A DNA stretch of 38,293 bases from Opitutia bacterium (GCA_947460445.1 CANHHS010000001.1:1-38293); one strand, 5' to 3'; positions 27,151 to 35,375 are shown, counted from the stretch's first letter. The notes: generated by a model not told the origin, from the sequence alone. Numbers and translations are program-made.

Positions 27151-28719
27151 ATGGCCGACGCGTTCGACACATACCGTGAACATTTCTTGGCAGCCCCGAA
27201 CGCCGAAATGTCTTTCTGGATTGATTTCAGCCGTGCGCGCGTGCCGAAGTTGAGCCCATTGGTTCGCGAAAAACTCGAGTCGGCACGTAAAGAAATGGAA
27301 GCCCTGGAAGCCGGCGCCATTTCTAATCAAGACGAACAGCGCATGGTCGGTCATTATTGGCTACGCGACTCTAGCCGAGCGCCTACAGCTGCTATGGCTG
27401 AAAGCATCCGCAAGACGATTGAATCAGTCCGGCAATTTGCAGACGATGTACACACAGGAAAAGTTAGCGGGTCTGCTGGCAAGTTTACCGATTTGCTCTG
27501 CATCGGCATTGGTGGCTCTGCCTTAGGTCCTCAGTTCATCTCCGATGCGCTCGGCGAATCGAACGACAAACTCCGGCTCCACTTCATCGACAATACTGAC
27601 CCTGATGGATTTGATCGAGTTTTCGCAAAACTGAAAGGCCGACTCGGAAATACCCTAGTTGTGGTCATGTCAAAGTCCGGCGGCACACCTGAACCGCGTA
27701 ATGGACTCCGTGAGGCTGAAGGACAATGGCGAGCAGCTGGTTTAAATTTTGAAAAACATGCTATCGTCGTCACAGGCGAGGGCAGTGAATTGGATAAATA
27801 TGCCGCAAACTTTTTGGCCCGCTTTCCGATGTGGGACTGGGTCGGTGGCCGCACGAGTTTATTCGGACCCGTTGGCTTAGTGCCTGCCGCCCTTCAAGGC
27901 ATCTCGGTAGATGAACTACTCCAAGGAGCCGCGGAAATGGATGCGTGGACTCGGGAATCAAATCCTGAGCGTAACCCTGCCGCTCAACTTGCACGTAGCT
28001 GGCTGCACTTAACGGATGGAAATGCGAAACGTGCGATGGTTGTTTTGCCTTACAAAGATCGACTGGTACTTTTTTCGCGCTACCTCCAACAACTCGTCAT
28101 GGAGTCGCTCGGCAAAGAAACCGATCGCTCAGGGAAAGTTGTGCACCAAGGACTAACCGTTTACGGAAACAAAGGCTCAACTGACCAACACGCCTATATT
28201 CAACAATTGCGCGATGGCCCTGACGATTTCTTCGCCGTGTTTATTGAAGTTTTACGCGACCGCGATGGCCCGTCCCCTGACGTTGAGCCCGGCATCACGA
28301 GCGGGGACTATTTACAGGCCTTTCTGTTAGGCACCCGGGAGGCACTTTCCGCCCAAAAGAAGGCCAGCCTTACCCTAACGATTAACCAGGTTGATGCTCG
28401 CTCGATAGGCCAGCTGGTTGCCCTATTTGAAAGGGCGGTTGGAATCTACGCAAGTATGCTGAATATCAACGCTTACCACCAACCGGGTGTCGAAGCTGGA
28501 AAGCGCGCCGCAGGGGAGGCGCTCCAAGTGCTCAAATTGATTCTCCAAAACCTCGCAAAGACCCCCGGTCAATGGCGCTCCGTACGGGCTATCACAAAAC
28601 AGATAGGGCTTGAGGGGACGGAGGAAACGGTGTTCAAGATTTGTCTCCGCCTTTCAAGCAACGGCCGCTTAGAGTGCACACCGCACCCTGATCCAGCCGA
28701 AGCAACCTTCAGGCTTTAA
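27151..28719 (+). CDS. pgi: Glucose-6-phosphate isomerase
   Basis: 522 aa with GIGGSALGPQF, VVMSKSGGTPE, DWVGGRTS and LGKE...G..VYGNKGSTDQHAYIQQLRDG, which are PGI family motifs. Confidence 0.88.
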   Translation: MADAFDTYREHFLAAPNAEMSFWIDFSRARVPKLSPLVREKLESARKEMEALEAGAISNQDEQRMVGHYWLRDSSRAPTAAMAESIRKTIESVRQFADDVHTGKVSGSAGKFTDLLCIGIGGSALGPQFISDALGESNDKLRLHFIDNTDPDGFDRVFAKLKGRLGNTLVVVMSKSGGTPEPRNGLREAEGQWRAAGLNFEKHAIVVTGEGSELDKYAANFLARFPMWDWVGGRTSLFGPVGLVPAALQGISVDELLQGAAEMDAWTRESNPERNPAAQLARSWLHLTDGNAKRAMVVLPYKDRLVLFSRYLQQLVMESLGKETDRSGKVVHQGLTVYGNKGSTDQHAYIQQLRDGPDDFFAVFIEVLRDRDGPSPDVEPGITSGDYLQAFLLGTREALSAQKKASLTLTINQVDARSIGQLVALFERAVGIYASMLNINAYHQPGVEAGKRAAGEALQVLKLILQNLAKTPGQWRSVRAITKQIGLEGTEETVFKICLRLSSNGRLECTPHPDPAEATFRL

Positions 28720-28735
28720 AATACCCTCTCTACCC

Positions 28736-29638
28736 ATGACCAAGTCAACTAACCTGGCCATCCGCCTCATCGCTATCACCGCATCCATCGCGAGCGGCGT
28801 TTTCGTCTACCTACTCTATGGCAAAGTAGACCTCGTGATGAAGCAAACCTCCTGCCTCGTCAAAGAAGGTGCCGGTAATGATTTCGATTCTCGCGTTAAC
28901 AAAATCCCTTCCATCGTCGTCGCCCTTGATGCCAGCCGGGCAGTGGTCATCGAGCGCGATGGTACGATTAAAGACTTAATGGCTGATGTCGCCGACAAGA
29001 AGACGCGCATCGAAGAGCTTGGTAATAACGTCACCAAGCTCGAAGGTGAGAAAACAGACCTCACCCGCAAACGCGACGAACTCACTTCGAGCCTCGCGAC
29101 AGTAACGAGCGAGCGCGATTCCTTTAGCGGCCAATTGAGTCAAACCAAAGAAGAGCTCGCCAAGAAGACAGAGCAGATTGCTGCGATGTTCACCAAAGAA
29201 CAACTTGATGCCGAGATCGCTGCAAAGAATAAGACTGAGCTCGTTAAAGAAGATGTCGTGCGTAAATACGCGGCCCTTTACAATTGGTCGACCGCGCAAA
29301 TGAAAGGCGAAAAACCCCCTTTCCCTAGCAACCCTACGTACGTCGACAATGGCAGCGTCCGTGTCGATATCGGTCCAGAAACCCTTAAGACCCGCGTCAT
29401 TTCCATTTCGCCATCACAAGGACTCATCACCTTCTCAGTCGGACAAGATTCGGGTATCCGTGCTGAACAAGGATTCTCGATGCGTGTAAATGAAAAGGAT
29501 GTCGGCAAAATCAGCATCTCACTCGTCGATAATTCATTCTGCATCGCCCAGATTCAACCTGGCAGCGACCTCGATGCTTTAGGCCGTGGCCAAGTGGTAA
29601 CACTCGTGCCGTTCACGGGTAAGATTTCTGCTCGCTAA
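28736..29638 (+). CDS. Membrane-anchored coiled-coil protein with small C-terminal beta-rich domain, unknown function
   Basis: N-terminal TM (LAIRLIAITASIASGVFVYLLY), a coiled coil of about 100 aa (KKTRIEELGNNVTKLEGEKTDLTRKRDELTSSL...) and a C-terminal beta-like segment (TRVISISPSQGLITFSVGQDSGIRAEQGFSMRVNEKDVGKISISLVD). The overall architecture is MreC-like, but there is no mreB/mreD context. Confidence 0.6.
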   Translation: MTKSTNLAIRLIAITASIASGVFVYLLYGKVDLVMKQTSCLVKEGAGNDFDSRVNKIPSIVVALDASRAVVIERDGTIKDLMADVADKKTRIEELGNNVTKLEGEKTDLTRKRDELTSSLATVTSERDSFSGQLSQTKEELAKKTEQIAAMFTKEQLDAEIAAKNKTELVKEDVVRKYAALYNWSTAQMKGEKPPFPSNPTYVDNGSVRVDIGPETLKTRVISISPSQGLITFSVGQDSGIRAEQGFSMRVNEKDVGKISISLVDNSFCIAQIQPGSDLDALGRGQVVTLVPFTGKISAR

Positions 29639-29642
29639 GTGT

Positions 29643-29813
29643 ATGGCGATTCGCGTCGCACTTTTTGGTCTCGCGACAGTCGCCTTGTTCATCGTCACAG
29701 GCTGTGCGTCTTCGAATGAAGGCGGCACAGATAACTCTGACTTGCCTCAAGCGCAGCCTGCGAGCTGGGAAGGCGGCCTGCCAGGCATGTCCCCTGGAGG
29801 CCCTCCTCGCTAA
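29643..29813 (+). CDS. Small (56 aa) predicted lipoprotein, not in ORF track
   Basis: Hand translation gives MAIRVALFGLATVALFIVTGCASSNEGGTDNSDLPQAQPASWEGGLPGMSPGGPPR*. It has a classical lipobox (VTGC). It starts 4 nt after the upstream stop, and its TAA shares one base with the rsmI ATG (TAATG). Confidence 0.55.
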   Translation: MAIRVALFGLATVALFIVTGCASSNEGGTDNSDLPQAQPASWEGGLPGMSPGGPPR

Positions 29814-30523
29814 TGTCCGCTCCTGGCGCGCCGAAATCCGGCGGAGCCTTGTTAATGATTGCGACGCCGCTCGGTAATCTCGGCGACCTATCACCCCGTG
29901 CCCGTGAGGCACTCTCCACCGCGAACGTAGTTGCCTGTGAGGACACACGTACCACGGGAAAACTCTTCAAGCTTGTTGGTATCGAGGCGCGCCTCATCGC
30001 TTACCACGACCACAACGAATTGGAGATGGGTGAAGTACTCGCAGATCGCGTTGCGGCTGGCGAACGCGTCGCTGTGGTGACCGATGCAGGAACGCCTGGA
30101 ATTAGTGATCCAGGTTTTCGTGCTGCGCGTGCGTGCGCACGTCGTGGACTCACAGTAACGTCTATTCCCGGTCCCTGTGCAGCCATTGCGGTACTCTCGG
30201 CTTCGGGTCTACCAACCAACGCCTTTCGATTTGTAGGCTTTCTTGCCCCCAAAAGTGCTGCACGCAAACGATTCCTGGAGACCGTCATAGCGGCAGACGA
30301 AACGGTAGTACTCCATGAATCTTGCCATCGGATTGATGCTTTTCTGGGCGAAATGCTCGAAGTACTTGGACCCGCGCGTGTGGTTTGCGTGGGACGTGAA
30401 GTAACGAAACTTCACGAATCAATTAAGACTGCTCCGCTCTCGGTGCTCGTCCCCGCGTTGCGCAGTGGCAGTCTGAAAGGTGAGTTCACGGTCGCCATCG
30501 CTCCAGCTGGCTTCGAACTCTAG
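29813..30523 (+). CDS. rsmI: 16S rRNA (cytidine1402-2'-O)-methyltransferase
   Basis: LLMIATPLGNLGDLSPRAREALSTANVVACEDTRTTGKLF and VVTDAGTPGISDPG are the RsmI tetrapyrrole-methylase-fold signature. Confidence 0.88.
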   Translation: MSAPGAPKSGGALLMIATPLGNLGDLSPRAREALSTANVVACEDTRTTGKLFKLVGIEARLIAYHDHNELEMGEVLADRVAAGERVAVVTDAGTPGISDPGFRAARACARRGLTVTSIPGPCAAIAVLSASGLPTNAFRFVGFLAPKSAARKRFLETVIAADETVVLHESCHRIDAFLGEMLEVLGPARVVCVGREVTKLHESIKTAPLSVLVPALRSGSLKGEFTVAIAPAGFEL

Positions 30524-30574
30524 TCGGCATAAGCCGTTGACCCCGTAGTCTGGCTGCATAACCCTGCACATGAC

Positions 30575-31183
30575 ATGGCAGGCTTTGATGACAATCTGGT
30601 TCGAGAGTATTTCGAATTGAACGGATTTTTTGTCCGCCAGTCTCGGAAGTACGCTGTGCAATCTCGACGCAAGCGGGCAGACGAAGAATCAGATTTGCTT
30701 GTTATCCATCCGTCGCCCAACCGAGAAATTAAGCCCGCCTTCCAATTATTTGCAGCCGATCTCGGCGGCATCTCTCGGGCCGTTGTTGCCATCAAGGGCT
30801 GGCACACTGTCAAAGCGGTGACCCCGGCAATGATTCGCAAGGGCGATCTCTTAGAATTTGTGCGCAAAGAAGCCGTCGAATCTGCTCAAGATGCTTTTGC
30901 GGATTTAGCCGAAAATGCGGGTCCAGATTTAGCCAAGATCCTCGTCCTCCCAGGGATTCCCACTCAAGAAGCTCAGCGCAATGAGAGCATTGCACTTCTT
31001 CGCGAACATGGGGTGGACCATGTTTTAACTTTCAGAACAATTCTCGAAAGTATGATTCAGCGCGTTGAGTCGAATCAAAGTTACGCTAAATCCGATAACC
31101 TTCAGTTGCTTCGTCTACTGCGTGTCTATGACATGGTAAAGTCTTCCCAGCTCGAACTCTTCCCTACCCCTCCGACACGATGA
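30575..31183 (+). CDS. Hypothetical cytoplasmic protein, possible degenerate PD-(D/E)xK nuclease-like fold
   Basis: 202 aa. The N-terminus NLVREYFELNGFFV...EESDLLVIHP...RAVVAIKGWH resembles an E...D...(D/E)xK core, but the second acidic position is Ala (AIK). The stop overlaps the pdxA ATG (ATGA). Confidence 0.35.
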   Translation: MAGFDDNLVREYFELNGFFVRQSRKYAVQSRRKRADEESDLLVIHPSPNREIKPAFQLFAADLGGISRAVVAIKGWHTVKAVTPAMIRKGDLLEFVRKEAVESAQDAFADLAENAGPDLAKILVLPGIPTQEAQRNESIALLREHGVDHVLTFRTILESMIQRVESNQSYAKSDNLQLLRLLRVYDMVKSSQLELFPTPPTR

Positions 31184-32085
31184 ATCGACGTCCGATTGCC
31201 ATGACCTGCGGAGACCCGGCGGGCATCGGGCCAGAGCTCATCGAGGCATGGCTCAAAGATAATCAAGGTCGAGAACTCAAGGTCGTCCCAATTGGCAATG
31301 CCCTCTGGATAAAAAGACTCGGGGTGTCAGGAATTTCCGTGGGCCCAAATGACTATCAAGCACACGCCGGCAAGCCTGACGAAGCTGGCCATCGCTTGGC
31401 ACTTGCTGCCATGGAGCGTGCGGCAGAGGGCTGTATCAACGGAGAGTTTTCAGCCGTCGTCACCGGACCCATTAATAAGCATGGCCTTGCGTCGGTAGGC
31501 TTTAGTCATCCTGGGCAGACGGAATTCTTTGCAAAACAATGGGGCGGCGAGCCTGTCATGGCCTTCGCAGGCGGCAAGATGACTATCGCACTGGTAACGT
31601 GGCACATTCCCTTACGTGAAGTCGCCGACCACCTTAACGCCGAAAATATTCGCCGAACTATTTTAGCACTCGTGAAACTTCGTCAGAAACTTGGCGACAC
31701 GAATCCACGTATCGCTGTCTGCGGACTCAATCCACACGCGGGTGAAAACGGCATACTCGGGAAAGAAGATGGCGCTCTCATTCAGCCAATCATCGAGAAG
31801 CTTTGCCGAGAGGGGTTAAAGATTACGGGACCACTTCCTGGTGACACCGCTTTTCATCGCCACCTGAAGGGCGAGTTCGATGGCGTTGTTGCAATGTATC
31901 ACGATCAAGGACTCGGACCGCTGAAGACCGTAGATTTTGCAGAAGCCGCCAACTTGACGCTCGGGCTGCCCTTTGTACGCACCAGTCCCGACCACGGAAC
32001 GGCTTATGAACTCGCAGGAACACAGAAGGCCGATCGCCGCAGCCTTGATTCTGCTATGCGTCTCGCCGAAAAATTGCAGGGATGA
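31180..32085 (+). CDS. pdxA: 4-hydroxythreonine-4-phosphate dehydrogenase
   Basis: IAMTCGDPAGIGPELI, VTGPINK, GLNPHAGENGILGKEE-like, AMYHDQGLGPLK and RTSPDHGTAYELAG are PdxA motifs. Confidence 0.88.
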   Translation: MNRRPIAMTCGDPAGIGPELIEAWLKDNQGRELKVVPIGNALWIKRLGVSGISVGPNDYQAHAGKPDEAGHRLALAAMERAAEGCINGEFSAVVTGPINKHGLASVGFSHPGQTEFFAKQWGGEPVMAFAGGKMTIALVTWHIPLREVADHLNAENIRRTILALVKLRQKLGDTNPRIAVCGLNPHAGENGILGKEDGALIQPIIEKLCREGLKITGPLPGDTAFHRHLKGEFDGVVAMYHDQGLGPLKTVDFAEAANLTLGLPFVRTSPDHGTAYELAGTQKADRRSLDSAMRLAEKLQG

Positions 32086-32873
32086 GAATTATTTTCTTTT
32101 TCATTCATTTATTTGCACTCGTTTACGCCGTCGACCCCGCCCAGCGAATTGCTTCTTTCTCGCCCGCAGCAACGCGTATCCTCGTTGACTTAGGTTGTGC
32201 TGAACAGGTCGTTTCTGCCACGCGCTGGTGCGATCTTCCCAAAGCCCACTCAGCAACGCGCACGTGCGATGCCTTTGAACCGGACCTAGAAGCTCTCCTT
32301 AAGTCAGGGGCAACTTTGGCCATCCTACCACACCTCGCAAACCCCCTCCTTGCGAATCGTATCCGCTCTGCCGGCATTCGTGCGATTATCCTCAGCGAGG
32401 AATCACCGGAATCCCCAGCCAACGACATTCGCATTCTGGGCGAAAGCACTGGTCGGATCAATGAATGCAAAAGGCTTTTAGCAGAACGCGCTGAACTTAA
32501 AAGTGAGACGCGCGGGAAGCGCGTGTTGATTGTTTGGGACGGCGTCTGTGCTGGACCACTTTCTTACCTTTCTTGGACTATCCGTGCGGCAGGTGCAGAA
32601 CCTGCACCTCTCCAAGGGTCATGGCCGGTGTGGGACGTTGAAGAAGTCGTTCGCGGTAAACCTGACGCAGTCATTTTTTTACAAACCGACGGCCCTGAAA
32701 AGGTAGAGCTTGATAAAATAAATCTCGAAAAGTGGCGCAGTTCACCGGGTTTAAAATCAACCCCAGCGGCACAAACTGGCTCAATCTTTCACTTAAAGCC
32801 TAATTCCGACTGGTTGCCTGCATCTGGACAGCCAGAAGTCGCTAAAATCATCGCCGCACTTATCAGGAAATAA
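32082..32873 (+). CDS. Periplasmic binding protein, class 8 (BtuF / Fe-siderophore-binding-like), orphan
   Basis: A signal-like N-terminus, then RIASFSPAATRILVDLGCAEQVVSATRWCDLP and EPDLEALLKSGATLAIL, typical of PF01497-type binding proteins. No permease or ATPase lies nearby. The start overlaps the pdxA stop (ATGA). Confidence 0.6.
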   Translation: MRIIFFFIHLFALVYAVDPAQRIASFSPAATRILVDLGCAEQVVSATRWCDLPKAHSATRTCDAFEPDLEALLKSGATLAILPHLANPLLANRIRSAGIRAIILSEESPESPANDIRILGESTGRINECKRLLAERAELKSETRGKRVLIVWDGVCAGPLSYLSWTIRAAGAEPAPLQGSWPVWDVEEVVRGKPDAVIFLQTDGPEKVELDKINLEKWRSSPGLKSTPAAQTGSIFHLKPNSDWLPASGQPEVAKIIAALIRK

Positions 32874-32932
32874 GGAGTGCCTAGTTGACCTACCGATACA
32901 ATCGACTAGGGTCATAAGGAACATCTACTACC

Positions 32933-33412
32933 ATGCGTTCCCTCACTACATTCTTCGGGTCTGCTCTTTGCGCCTTCGCGCTCTTAGCTGCCCCCGTTCA
33001 AGCTAAAGATAAGTCCGCAGGAGCACCTCCGGCAGCTGCTTGCAAGTGCACCGCTGACACCTGCAAATGCGAGAAAAAGGGCAAATGCAAATGCCCTGAA
33101 GCTTCTTGCACCTGCGATAAGTGCAAAGCGATTCGCGAAGGTAAGCCTGCCGCGCCAACACCTGCGCCTGCCGCACCCGCCAAGCAGATTTTCGAGCTTA
33201 ATAACGACATTCAAAATCATTGCGGGAAGTGCGACAAGAAAGATGGCGACAAAGAGAAGCCCGCCACTTGCCCTACCTGCCCAAGCAAAGATCCTGCACC
33301 TGCTAAAGAAAGCATCAATCTAGACAACCATTGCGGCAAGTGTGACAAGAAGGACGACGACAAAGAGAAGCCTGCCGTTTGTCCGAACTGCCCTAAACCT
33401 GAAACGAAATAA
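32933..33412 (+). CDS. Secreted cysteine-rich (metallothionein-like) repeat protein
   Basis: Signal peptide MRSLTTFFGSALCAFALLAAPVQA. The mature part has a CxC-rich block (CKCTADTCKCEKKGKCKCPEASCTCDKCKA), a Pro/Ala linker, and two copies of NHCGKCDKKD(G/D)DKEKPA(T/V)CP(T/N)CP. I count 17 Cys in the mature region. Confidence 0.7.
   Translation: MRSLTTFFGSALCAFALLAAPVQAKDKSAGAPPAAACKCTADTCKCEKKGKCKCPEASCTCDKCKAIREGKPAAPTPAPAAPAKQIFELNNDIQNHCGKCDKKDGDKEKPATCPTCPSKDPAPAKESINLDNHCGKCDKKDDDKEKPAVCPNCPKPETK
33218..33394 (+). repeat. Intragenic direct repeat (2 x 66 nt, offset 111 nt) encoding the HCGKCD...CPxCP module
   Basis: Copies lie at 33218..33283 and 33329..33394. By my count 54 of 66 nt are identical. 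Eight of the 11 differing codons are synonymous third-position changes. Confidence 0.85.
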
Positions 33413-33437
33413 TTCGCTAACACGCGAATAAACCAAG

Positions 33438-33459
33438 GGCGACTTCGGTCGCCTTTTTT
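33438..33459. terminator. Rho-independent terminator between convergent Cys-rich gene and gmhB-like gene
   Basis: GGCGAC-TTCG-GTCGCC followed by TTTTTTATTTT on the + strand. On the minus strand the same stem is followed by a weaker T tract (CTTGGTTT). Confidence 0.8.
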
Positions 33460-33463
33460 ATTT

Positions 33464-34009
33464 TCAGAGCAATAGGGTGTGCCGTACGAAAGTTGGGAAA
33501 TCTGCCTGAACAACTATTCCGTTTTCCTGAGCATAGGCATCGTCCCCTTCTTTAAAGGGCGCACCTGAACGAACCGCACAACTACGAATGCCAGCATTGA
33601 ATCCGGCCTGCCAGTCGGTGCGACGATCCCCGACCATCCAACAGACCTGCGGGTCGAGTTGATAGCGCTCGATGCATTCTAAAATAAATCGTGGGCTCGG
33701 CTTTCGGTATACCGAAGGCTGGTCGGGGTGTTCAGGGGCAGCGCAGACATCAATAAAGCCAGGTTGGGGTAATTCGAGAAGTTCAAGCATCCGGGCGTGG
33801 CAGGCTTTATACTGTTCCCACGTAAATATACCCCGCCCAATGCCACTTTGATTCGTTAGAATAAAGAGCAGGTAATCGGCCTTCATACAGGCATGAAGAG
33901 CCTCCTTAACCCCAGCAATTAGGCTGATTTGGTCAGGTTCGCAGGTATGGTGCCCGTCGTGGACAAGGTTGCCGTCACGATCAAGAAAAAGAGCCTTCTT
34001 TAGAGTCAT
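33464..34009 (-). CDS. gmhB: HAD-IIIA phosphatase, D-glycero-D-manno-heptose 1,7-bisphosphate phosphatase-like
   Basis: LFLDRDGNLV (DxD nucleophile motif), ILTNQSGIGRG and VGDRRTDWQAG are the GmhB / histidinol-phosphatase-type HAD-IIIA pattern. Confidence 0.7.
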   Translation of the reverse strand: MTLKKALFLDRDGNLVHDGHHTCEPDQISLIAGVKEALHACMKADYLLFILTNQSGIGRGIFTWEQYKACHARMLELLELPQPGFIDVCAAPEHPDQPSVYRKPSPRFILECIERYQLDPQVCWMVGDRRTDWQAGFNAGIRSCAVRSGAPFKEGDDAYAQENGIVVQADFPTFVRHTLLL

Positions 34010-34109
34010 TATCTATCGGATAGCGGGGTGGCTAAGACGGCAAGCACGGGAAAGCGAACTTGACCGTGGGCGTGGCGGGGGTAGAACCGACCCTTAAACC
34101 GAGCGAACC

Positions 34110-34289
34110 ATGGCAAATCCCAAACGTAAGCAATCTAAGCGCCGCAGCCGCCTTCGTCGTGGCCAAAACCAATTCCACGCCCCTAAGCTAGTCAAAGATG
34201 CCGAGTCGGGCGCCTTGCGCCGTCCTCACCGCGTTGACCCCATCACGGGCAAATACCGTGGTCGGCAAGTCTTGGACGCTGGCGCCTAA
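34110..34289 (+). CDS. rpmF: 50S ribosomal protein L32 (not in ORF track)
   Basis: Hand translation gives MANPKRKQSKRRSRLRRGQNQFHAPKLVKDAESGALRRPHRVDPITGKYRGRQVLDAGA*. It has the canonical L32 N-terminus and sits in the classical position upstream of plsX-fabH. Confidence 0.9.
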   Translation: MANPKRKQSKRRSRLRRGQNQFHAPKLVKDAESGALRRPHRVDPITGKYRGRQVLDAGA

Positions 34290-34313
34290 TCTTTCGGGCC
34301 CTGTGCCCGCACC

Positions 34314-35375
34314 ATGAGCGCACCTAAGGCAGGACATCGTATCGCCCTCGACTGCATGGGAGGGGATATGGGTCCTTCTGAAGCGGTTGCTGGGGCTGCG
34401 CTCGCTATCAAAGAAGGGTGCATCGGTCCTGACGATAAAATCATTCTCGTAGGGAACGAAGACATCTTACGCGTGCTCACGCGCGAGCATCGCATCAAAG
34501 CAAGTCCGCATATTGTTTACCGACACGCCGCAGGCATCATTCATTCCGACGATACACCGATGGGCGCCCTGAAAACAAAAAAGGATGCTTCCATGCTTGT
34601 CGCCTTGGATATGCTCAAAGCCAACGAGTGCGATGTCGTTGTATCGACTGGCAACACCAAGGTTCTTGTTGGCGCAGGTACCATCAAGGTGCGGCCAATG
34701 GAAGGCGCTGAACGTCCCGCTCTCGCCGCCATCATGCCTCGCCGCGACGGGCATTTCGTCATGCTTGATGTTGGCGCAAACCCGGAAGCTAAACCGGAGC
34801 ACCTCGTGCATAACGCCGTGCTCGGATCTATTTACGCACAATCAACTCTTGGGATTGCTCGACCGCGCATTGGACTGCTAACCGTTGGCACCGAAGAAGG
34901 CAAAGGTGGCGACCGTATCAACCGGACTCACACCTTACTCAAAGCCATGGGCGACCGGATTGCCTATGTTGGACCTGTGGAAGGTTTTGATATTTTTGGT
35001 GACGTCTGTGACGTCGTTGTAACGGATGGATTTACCGGTAATATTATCATCAAGACATTGGAGGGCATGTTCTACATGGTCCGCGATATGATGGGCCAGA
35101 AAGTGAAACGTAATCCTGTCTATCTAGCGGGCGGTATCGCCATGTTCCCTTTACTCCGTGAACTCAAAGGCCACCTAAAGCCCGAACGTTACGGCGGCGC
35201 ACCTTTACTCGGACTCGGCGGCCTTGTCATGAAAGCTCACGGCTCAAGCAATCGCCAAGGCATTGCGAGCGCGATTCGACTTGGACATGAAGCCTTGGGC
35301 CATAGCGCCAATGAACGCATGCTGGCAGCACTTGCCGAAGCAAACGCGGTTATCGCTGCTACCCCCCAAGCCTAA
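34314..35375 (+). CDS. plsX: Phosphate acyltransferase PlsX
   Basis: IALDCMGGDMGP, DVVVSTGNT, GLLTVGTEEGKG, VVTDGFTGNI and MKAHGSSN are PlsX motifs. Confidence 0.92.
   Translation: MSAPKAGHRIALDCMGGDMGPSEAVAGAALAIKEGCIGPDDKIILVGNEDILRVLTREHRIKASPHIVYRHAAGIIHSDDTPMGALKTKKDASMLVALDMLKANECDVVVSTGNTKVLVGAGTIKVRPMEGAERPALAAIMPRRDGHFVMLDVGANPEAKPEHLVHNAVLGSIYAQSTLGIARPRIGLLTVGTEEGKGGDRINRTHTLLKAMGDRIAYVGPVEGFDIFGDVCDVVVTDGFTGNIIIKTLEGMFYMVRDMMGQKVKRNPVYLAGGIAMFPLLRELKGHLKPERYGGAPLLGLGGLVMKAHGSSNRQGIASAIRLGHEALGHSANERMLAALAEANAVIAATPQA

Noticed and set aside
29613-29997. Minus-strand ORFs 29613..29948 and 29695..29997, and the + ORF 29665..29877, around the rsmI start.
   Set aside because: They overlap the better-supported small lipoprotein ORF and rsmI. 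Their Arg-rich composition is typical of out-of-frame or antisense artefacts.
32933-33412. Cys-rich protein as a multihaem c-type cytochrome.
   Set aside because: No CxxCH motif is present. The His precedes the Cys pair (HCGKC), and the other pairs are CxC or CPxCP.
33217-33513. 98-aa minus-strand ORF antisense to the 3' end of the Cys-rich gene.
   Set aside because: It spans the intrinsic terminator and the gmhB-like 3' end. The repeat it contains is simply the reverse complement of the HCGKCD repeat. It has no signal or motif support.
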